Assembly: GCA_009602735.1 (NCBI GenBank)
Contig: WELA01000485.1
Coordinates: 124,001 to 152,694 of the forward strand
Length of the DNA stretch: 28,694 bases
Direction of reading: 5' to 3'
Source of the DNA: Mesotaenium endlicherianum
Taxonomy: Eukaryota
Under the pieces are notes generated by a model that had not been told where the DNA came from, did not search any database, and was given only the letters and a program-made list of their open reading frames with translations. Made by a program: the position numbers and the translations under genes. Positions 20,747 to 28,694 of this stretch are shown here, piece after piece. Within the stretch, counting starts at the first letter, position 1. Each line of letters begins with the position of its first letter.

Positions 20747-23700
20747 TCAAACGTCACCCCCGTCTGCATCTCCTCCAGCAACAGGCCGATTCGAGGTCAC
20801 GAGCAGTGGTTGGGAGGATGGCGATGTCTCTCCAGACACTAGCCAGAGATTATGTGCCCCGGAATTTGAATCATGCGCCAGCTGCAGGTCTTGCCCAGCT
20901 TCGCCCCCCGTGCTGCCAGCTGGTGCGTCTGTGCTCAGCGCTGCATAGTGCGGTCCAGGCCCCGTCCACACCTCCAGGGGCCACGAAGAGGTGCGTCTCG
21001 GACTCTCCTCTGAGGGGCCCGTGGGCGTGCCAGCTGTATCCTCCACCTCTGCCTCCACCGTGTCCGCTTCTGTTACCTGGCCCCCCTGCCCCACCTGCCC
21101 CCTGCCTTGGCTGTGGTCCCGAGCCTGGCCCCTTAGGTTGGGGTCCTGAACGGGATCCTGAACGTGGCCCCTTTCACTAGGGTCCTGACTCTGGCTCGTG
21201 TGCCACACCTGGTCACCAGCAAGAGGGTGCGCTTCTGAACCAGCCGCTCCAGTTTCCCTTCTGCCAGGGGGGCATGAATCAAATGAGAACTTGTTGCGGC
21301 CACTGCCATCAGCCTCAAAGTCAGCGTTGAGCGCACGGCCCGGGTCAGACGGCGAGTCCTGCGAGCTTGACCTCTTTACCAAGCTCCCATCGGGAGACGC
21401 CGCCGAGGCATGCCTGGGCCCAGACCAAGGCCCGGAGCTGGGCCCGGACCTGGCACCAGACCTGGAGCCAGGGCTGGGGCTTTGTAGGTGGGGAAGGATG
21501 TCAAAATGTGTGCCTGCCAGGGGGGCGGCTGTCTCGCTCGCACGCCGCTCCACAAAGCTTGCAGTGGCCGCTGCAGAGGCATCACGCACGGCTACGCTGG
21601 GTGCAGCACTCGCTCTTACGCTCGCTCTCGCCCCGGCTTCCACACCTCCGGCCCTCTCTGCACTTCCGGCACTTTCCACGCTCCCATCGGCCCTACCAGC
21701 ACTTTCCGCACCTACCGCACTGCCTGCACTTTTAGCCCATTCCGTACTTTCTGCATCTCTTCCGGCTCTTTTATCCAGCCTATGCTGCGCTGGCAAGGGG
21801 CCCTGGAGAGGCTGGAGGGGCTGGTCAGCAGATCCAGCAACAAACGGTGAGCCCTGAGCAGCCCTCCGCCTCGCTCTCTCCTCTCCGGTCGCTAGCGAGC
21901 TCTCCCCATCACTATGCGCCAGAGCCTGCACACGCGCCTCCTGCCGCGACCGCGGCTCCTCCTCGCCGTCCCCCTCTTGCGCCAGGTGGCGCTGCGCCGC
22001 GCTCTCCCTCCTCCTCAAGGCTGCCAGAGGCTCCCACCCAGACGCCAGCCCCTGGCCCTGAGACCCCGCGCTGCTGGCACTTCTAGGGAAGAGATTGGCT
22101 GCCGCCCTGGCTCGTTCTCCTCCTCTCCCCTGCCGCCCAATGCAGCCCCGGCCGGCAGCTTCGTCTTTTACCCCAGGCTCCAGCGCCTTCCTCCCCTCCC
22201 CCCCCTCACACCTCCGGAAGTCGACATTGACAGCAACATCAGCGGAAGAGCTGTATCCATCTTGAGAGTCAGACCCTTTGCCAAGGCTTCCATCTCCGGT
22301 CCCGCCCCCGCCTCCGCCCCCGCCCCNNNNNNNNNNNNNNNNNNNNNNNNNNNNNNNNNNNNNNNNNNNNNNNNNNNNNNNNNNNNNNNNNNNNNNNNNN
22401 NNNNNNNNNNNNNNNNNNNNNNNNNNNNNNNNNNNNNNNNNNNNNNNNNNNNNNNNNNNNNNNNNNNNNNNNNNNNNNNNNNNNNNNNNNNNNNNNNNNN
22501 NNNNNNNNNNNNNNNNNNNNNNNNNNNNNNNNNNNNNNNNNNNNNNNNNNNNNNNNNNNNNNNNNNNNNNNNNNNNNNNNNNNNNNNNNNNNNNNNNNNN
22601 NNNNNNNNNNNNNNNNNNNNNNNNNNNNNNNNNNNNNNNNNNNNNNNNNNNNNNNNNNNNNNNNNNNNNNNNNNNNNNNNNNNNNNNNNNNNNNNNNNNN
22701 NNNNNNNNNNNNNNNNNNNNNNNNNNNNNNNNNNNNNNNNNNNNNNNNNNNNNNNNNNNNNNNNNNNNNNNNNNNNNNNNNNNNNNNNNNNNNNNNNNNN
22801 NNNNNNNNNNNNNNNNNNNNNNNNNNNNNNNNNNNNNNNNNNNNNNNNNNNNNNNNNNNNNNNNNNNNNNNNNNNNNNNNNNNNNNNNNNNNNNNNNNNN
22901 NNNNNNNNCCGCCCCCGCCCCCGCCCCTGCCCGCGTCGTGGCCCCCGCCGCTGTCTGCACCTCTCCCTCTGTCCTCGTCCTCGCTGCCGTCGTCTCTATC
23001 GCAGACATCGAGAACAACCGCATTCAGAACCGCTACATCACCATTTCCCCCGCCACCGCTGCCAATGTTGTGGCCACGTTTGGTGCCGTTAGTGGACACG
23101 ACAGGCTTGCCGGCGCCGTTGTTGCTGCCCACTCTTCTGTCGGGCCCGCTTCTCTTGCCGCCGCCGCGGCTGCTGCCGCTGCCATGGTCGCATTCGCCAT
23201 CGGCGTCATCATCGTGGCCCTTGCTGTTGCCGTCCTTGCATCTGCCGTCGTCAGCGACGGCACCGTCATTGTCGCCGGCGCCGTCGCCATTGATGCCAAC
23301 GTTATTGTTGCTGTTGTGCTTCTTGTCGGTGTCGGGGTCGGGGTTGGGATCCGTGCTGAGGCGCGGGTTGCGGAACTCCTTGAGGCAGGCAGGGACGTAC
23401 TCGCGGGCAAAGTGCTCCGCCTCGGGCTCAAATCCGATGCTCTCCGCATACTCGTCCACATCCGTCGCCATCTCCAGGGGGAGCGTCCTGCCGGCAGCGA
23501 TCAGCAACAGGCAGCGGTACACAACGCACGGATGGGGAAGATCCGAGGGCTCAGAGTGAGCTTCCCGGCTTTGGCCAGCTAAGGAAAGCCCTCAAGCTAG
23601 GGCCGCCTTGAGAGTCAGTGCTCGTTGTGCTCCTCATGGACGTTGGGAATGGCGGGCACGAAAGGTCAGGCTCTTGTTGTGCAGGCATGGCTTGCATTGA

Positions 23701-24581
23701 AGGAGAACGAGAGTGGGGCTAGGGCCAGCGAGGAGGAGGACCAGGAAAAGAGAGGAAAAGAAGCAGAACGGGCGAAAGGGCCGCAGGAGGAGCAAGACGA
23801 GCGGAGAGAGGAGCAGGAAAAGGAGCAGGAGAAGAGCAGGAGAAGGATTAGGAGGAGGAGCTGGAGCAGAAGAAGGAGCAGGAGCAGGAGGAGAGGGCAG
23901 GGTGCCTCGAAAAACTCGAGAGAAGCGGCAGCGCACCCAAAGGTCGACTTGAACTGGATGTCAATCATGATCATGACGTACGCCGTGAGCACCACCAGGG
24001 GGATGGTCCAGCCTGCCTGGTAGTACGCTTCCTTGAGTCCGAAGAGGCCAACGCTGGTGAGCTGCGCGATCAGCAGGGCCACAAACACGTGGTCCACGAA
24101 CTGCGGCCAGAACATGCCACCTGTCTGGAACGGGTAGGTGTACACATAGATCACCTGCCAGGCATATATGCACACGCAAGCACGCACGCACGTACGCACG
24201 CACGCGAAAGCGGACACAAATACACGTGCACAGGTGCTGAGGGGATGAAGGAGCGCTTGACGGTGCAATGCATGTATGCGAGCAGGCATATGTCCACGTG
24301 AATGGAAGATGCAGGAACAGCTGCAGATGAACACAGATATACACTTGCACACACACATGCACACGCACAAGCACATGTACGCGCGCGTTTCATTTGAGCA
24401 CCCGCATACATATGCACACACAGACCCACACACATGCACAACACGGTGATTGCATGCAAACACACAAGCATGCACGCGGTCGCACATGCACGCCCGCATG
24501 CGCCCTGGCACACACATACACACTCACACGCGCACGCGCATACGCACACACGCTCTCTTTCACACACACACACACACATAC

Positions 24582-24658
<77 letters not shown>

Positions 24659-24659
24659 N

Positions 24660-24714
<55 letters not shown>

Positions 24715-27409
24715 ACACACTCTCACCTGGTGCTTCCAGACGATGTAGCCGATGCATGAGTAGAGGATGACAAAGGGCAGGATGAGTGGCGCGATGACGG
24801 CAAACACGAGCCCAAATGTCACCACCAGGTTCTGGTACGGCATGAATATGTGGTATGCTATGCCGCCCTGTGTCACAGAAGCGAGGGAGTGGGAGCGGGA
24901 GCGCGAGAGTCAAGGACCCGGGAAGAGGAGGAGGAAGGAGGGAGATGGAGGGGGAAGGGGGAAGGGGGCAGGGAAGGGGGGAGGAGAAGGAGAGAGAAAG
25001 GCAAGAGAAAAGCACCCGCACAAGGGGTTTGGTCAGGGTGCCTGTGAGATGATAATGGATGTGCTATTGAGGTATCAGAGCCAGGCTTCGACGTAGACCC
25101 TAGCCTGGCGAGCACTGGAATCTGTCAGGCGTGAAGATGAGGGCCGGCACTGAGAAAGAATTTATAACCGACAAGTGGCAGATGATGAGGTAACGGACTC
25201 CGCATGCGGAAGCATAGGGATGCCGCCAACCACATGGTTGTTGTGTATTCAGGCGCAAAGAGGAAGAGAGAACGAAGGTTCTCGTGTATGGCAGAGAAGC
25301 AGCTCCTGCTGAGGCAATGATGGGGCGGTGAGGAGGAGAAGGAAGAGGAGTGCAGAGCAGCGCGCTGGGAGAAGGTGGAAAGGCTCTGACGTTCTGACAC
25401 GTGGCAAGAGTGGAGGGCAAGTGTGCCTGTCGTGTGGCGCTCCACAGCTTCCAGGGTGCAGCTGATTATTATTATTTACAATATATACCGCTATTAGATC
25501 CAAAAGCAGGAGACGTGCAAGCGAGCACGCGCGTGTGCAGCGCACGTGTGTTCTGGGCTCCACACCCTGTCGCATTACACGCTTGGCGGTGTATACCAAC
25601 CAGCCCACAAAATCATTCTGCTCCAAGAACCTCTTTTTCCATGCCTGTGGGGCCTGTGGGTGCGTGCACGCGTGCTACTGCTCCTGGTCTCCACGGGCTT
25701 TTGCGCTGCACACACGTTGGCGGCGCCCACCCACCGGCGCTGTACACGTGTACGACAACATCTCTTGAGGAAGCGAAAGCAAAGACGGGGCTGTGCGGGT
25801 GTACGGACGTGCGGGTGTGCGGGTGTGCCGATGTGCGGGTGCGCGGACGTGCGGGTGTGCGAATGTGCGGGTGTGCGGGTGTGGCGATGTGCGGGTGTGC
25901 GTGGAAGGGGCAGGGGGGGGGTGTACCGGGCTCCACAGCTTCTCGCGCTGCGCGTTGGCGGCGCCCACCCACCAGCGCAGGTACAGGTAGCGCGCGAGCG
26001 GGATGGGCATGCGCAGCAGCTCCAGGCCGAACAGCACGCTGCTCACCACCACGTACGTGATGAAGAAGGACGACGCCTGCGGGATGGACACCGCCAGGAT
26101 GTGCACCAGCTCCTTCGGGTGGTCCAGGATCGCCTGCGCGTGCGCGCGCACGTTGCGGAAGGGGCACATGGGCGGGAGGGGGGAAGGGGGAAGNGGCGGG
26201 AGGTTCAGGAATGTGGTTTTGGAAGTAAATTTTTGATTTCTGTCTTTGGATTATTTTTCTGAGGTTTTTCTGGGTCAGATGCTTCCCACCTTACAAAAGC
26301 TTTGCATCGGATCGCTCCAACTGACTGGCCCATTGCCGCCATAAGCGTGCGATGGCACGGCTTTAGCGCAACAGAACTTGGCGCCGTCGGATGAGATGTC
26401 CTCGCACAAGAAGAAGGGACAGAATGGCAATCGGACCCAGTGCGCCTTTGCCAGCTTCCCCCGAGACGAGCGAGGGAGCGCAGAGGGGGGGGAAGGGAGG
26501 CATACTAGTGGTGATAAGCTTTTCTGAATTTGAGGGTGAAAATTGCAACACTTCTGCAATTGCAACACTTTTTCAATCGCAACAATTCTTCGATTGCGCC
26601 ACAAAATCAATGCTTCCGATGATCCCAGCCCTAGGGTGGTTGCCATAAACCAATTGAACACGAACCTCTGTGGCCCGCCTTTGCAAGCTGGCCTGAAAAA
26701 GATAAATTATTTAAGACCATGTCGCGACAGGAAGCACCCCGTGTGACACACACCCGCAGCTGGCTGAGGAGCGAGCGTGTCAGAGCGCCACGGGCGCTGG
26801 CTCAGGCTGAGAGGCACACTGGGCCAGAGGAATGCAAAAAAAGGGGGGAAGAAAACCTGGAGGTGGCTGCGGAAGCGGAGGCCAGTACCCAGTACAAACA
26901 AGGGGAGGAGTCAGAAGAAGCCCCGGTGCTGGCTCAGAGAGAGTGTTGGAAGGAGGGAGATCTGAGTTGGCCGAGAAGGTGCCAAGCTGGGGTCGAAGTC
27001 AAAGAGGCCCTGACGGTGGCTCAGGCTGAGAGGCACGCTGGGCCAGAGGGAGTGCGAGGAGAAATGGAGAGGGGAAGGGAGGGGAGGCTGGCTCACGCTG
27101 CGAGGCACGCTGGGCCAGGGGGGAGTGCGAGGAGGAGGGTAGGGGAGGGGAGGGGAGGGGAGGGAAGGGAGGCGCGCGCGCGTGCGCACCTGCAGCTGGC
27201 TGAGGAGCGTGTCGGTGAAGGTGGAGCCGAGGAAGACGTTGAAGAGCAGCACGTAGTAGAAGCGCTGCGTGGCGTTGCGCTGGATGGCGGAGCGCGAGGG
27301 CTCGCCTTGCAGGCGCGCCATGAGCATGAGCAGCGGCGGCACGCACCACAGGATGATGCGCAGCGCCAGCCCCGGCAGCAGCGACGACAGGAAGCCGTGG
27401 AACCACTTG
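20747..27409 (-). CDS. CSC1/OSCA (ERD4, DUF221/TMEM63 family) osmosensitive calcium-permeable channel, 3' portion; 5' exons lie beyond the window
   Basis: Exons 27409-27190 (KWFHGFLSSLLPGLALRIIL...RFYYVLLFNVFLGST), 26133-25927 (SIPQASSFFITYVVV...LELLR), 24867-24727 (GLVFAVIAPLILPFVILYSCIGYIVWKHQ), 24154-23937 (VIYVY...QTGGMFWP...GLFGLK) and 23487-20747 (TLPLEMATDVD...EYVPACLK then a low-complexity tail interrupted by an N gap at 22327-22908). GT-AG junctions and phases are consistent. Motifs are typical of the RSN1_7TM domain. The stop position depends on the gap. Confidence 0.9.
22327..22908. other. Assembly gap (582 N) inside the last CSC1 exon
   Basis: N run flanked by (CCCCG)-like repeats. 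Smaller gaps at 6831-6892, 7607-7627, 7971-8022 and 9520-9552 are all flanked by poly-C or poly-G. Confidence 0.99.
23790..23895. repeat. Degenerate (GAGCAG/GAG)n purine-rich simple repeat in the last CSC1 intron
   Basis: gaggagcaggaaaaggagcaggagaagagcaggagaagg...ggagcaggagcaggaggag is directly visible. Confidence 0.75.
24584..24713. repeat. (AG)n microsatellite, about 65 units, directly after a CSC1 donor site
   Basis: Pure AG run with a single N at 24659, so the true length is uncertain. Confidence 0.97.
25792..25902. repeat. Period-8 tandem repeat (GTGCGGGT / GTGCGGAC variants) in a CSC1 intron
   Basis: gtgcgggtgtacggacgtgcgggtgtgcgggtgtgccgatgtgcgggt..., about 13 imperfect units. Confidence 0.85.
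26541..26608. repeat. 17-bp tandem repeat x4 (AATTGCAACACTTYTKC, decaying)
   Basis: aattgcaacacttctgc / aattgcaacactttttc / aatcgcaacaattcttc / gattgcgccacaaaatc. Confidence 0.75.
26798..27135. repeat. Three copies of a ~33-bp unit TGGCTCAGGCTGAGAGGCACRCTGGGCCAGAGG in a CSC1 intron
   Basis: Copies start at 26798, 27017 and 27089 (the last two have a 72-bp period). A partial copy lies at about 26930. Confidence 0.85.
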
Positions 27410-27522
27410 CTGCAAGTGGACGCAGCACGCGATCGCGAGGGTGGGCGCGGGCGCGGGCGCGGGCCAGGTGCCGCCGTTGTGGGAAGGGGGAGCGCGCCGT
27501 GTGTTGGGGCGCGCGCATCAAA

Positions 27523-27624
27523 TGGCGTCGCCGTATCAAGGTGGGCGCCCGTCAGGTGGCGTCGTTGTATAGAGGTGGACGCGCGTCAGGTGGCGTTGTT
27601 GTAACGAGGTGGGCGCGCAATGGG
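27523..27624. repeat. 34-bp minisatellite x3 in a CSC1 intron
   Basis: tggcgtcgccgtatcaaggtgggcgcccgtcagg / tggcgtcgttgtatagaggtggacgcgcgtcagg / tggcgttgttgtaacgaggtgggcgcgcaatggg. Confidence 0.85.
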
Positions 27625-28694
27625 GGCGCGCACAGGAGAGCGCGTCATTGTTGTTGGGGTAGGAGGTGCGTGTCAAAACCGTTGTGACCAGGCGGCAGTG
27701 GTGGCGCCATTGTTGAGGGAGCAGCACCCCATGAAATTGGAACAGAAGGAGCAAGCGGCAGAAGGACAGTTGCAGAAAGGCATCAGGTCAGGCTGGGTCT
27801 TTGATTCTGTGTGGGGCAGAACTAGGGTTTGGTGGGTTAGGGGGCACGCGCATGCATGCCAGAAGTTGACCCTCATTTTTCAGCGGTGACACTTTGATTT
27901 ACTATCCCCTGCCCGGACTGTGACAGTAAACAAAAGAGTCCAGCAGCAAGAATAATTGCTTCTCATTTCGTGACCATACTTCGGAGGATCAACACAATTT
28001 GTGATGCGAGTTTGACGCCAGGGCACTGTGCTGCACGACAGCTGATGCCTATGCGTGACAATGAGAAGAGAACAGAAGATAAAGGGATGGCTCTCAGGAA
28101 GAGCTTGACCCACGTCACAACCTGCCAGCTGGCGCTGGCTCTTGTAAACAGAGCGCAAACAAGGTAGCCAACGGGGGAGGCCTATTGGCACGGGTCCTGC
28201 CTACTTTATAGGCAGTAGGGCCTGCTCGTTGTAGGGTACTGTTACTAATCAGAGGAACACATCAGCTGGCAAGAAACCTCCGAAACAGTATGGGGAGGGA
28301 GGCCAGGGGAGAGGAGCGGGGGCGGCATAAGGATGAGAACGGTGTCAACACACAGCAAACTCATCATGGCCCGAGGGGCTCTCTACAATCATAGGATATG
28401 TGTACAGCTGTCAACCCGCCAAGCTGCCGAGGTATTTGAGCTGCTGAGCTGCATGGAGCAGTCAAGCTGACGACCAGGCAAGCAGGACCGTCAATTTAGA
28501 GGCCCAGATGGCGACGAGAGGACGCAAGGGGAGACGAGGAAAGCCGCAGGGAGGCTAGGGGAGGGGAGTAGAGGGAGGGCGGAAGAGGAAATGGGAGGGG
28601 AAGGGAATGGGAGGAAAAGGGAAGGGAGGGAAGAGGAAGCAAGGCAAGGAGGGGGAGGGGGAGGGAGACAGGGAGGGGGAGGCGGAGGAGGAGG

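Noticed and set aside
22269..23522. Apparent frameshift between the two halves of the CSC1 last exon
   Set aside because: The frame change falls across a 582-N gap whose length is only an estimate, so it is not evidence for a pseudogene or programmed frameshift.
21198..23582. Long plus-strand ORFs (219, 392, 434 aa)
   Set aside because: Antisense shadows of the GC-rich CSC1 tail exon, inflated by the N gap.
26798..27624. 33-34 bp repeats superficially like CRISPR repeats
   Set aside because: They are degenerate, tandem or irregularly spaced, lack unique spacers and cas genes, and lie in eukaryotic introns.
26719..27687. 322-aa plus-strand ORF
   Set aside because: It is antisense to a CSC1 exon and runs through intronic repeats, with no coherent protein features.
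27410..28694. Further upstream CSC1 exons
   Set aside because: No segment translating to the expected preceding TM region with proper splice sites was found, so it is treated as intron.

Overview
Eukaryotic, intron-rich nuclear DNA from the green lineage. The proteins are land-plant-like and the GC-rich introns are packed with (CA)/(GT)/(AG) microsatellites and poly-C/G runs, which suggests a streptophyte alga (inference). Four genes can be spliced by hand: (1) a two-exon PET100-like cytochrome c oxidase assembly factor (-, 4228-4859), head-to-head with (2) a complete 13-exon cytosolic-type acetyl-CoA acetyltransferase/thiolase II (+, 5517-15930, 418 aa); (3) a three-exon F-box/LRR-like gene with an MGGICSS acylation-type N-terminus (+, 17609-20042), tail-to-tail with (4) the 3' part of a CSC1/OSCA (ERD4/TMEM63) channel gene (-, 20747-27409, 5' exons outside the window) with an apparently very long low-complexity C-tail. 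A probable spliced small gene (MGQCSS..., 81 aa) lies at 1481-1726. No prokaryotic system, CRISPR array, RNA gene or transposase was seen. The most unusual signal is that introns of both long genes repeatedly hold decayed 'ghost' copies of the neighbouring exon or exon-intron junction. There is also a steep within-gene GC3/repeat gradient, and several acceptors lack a polypyrimidine tract.
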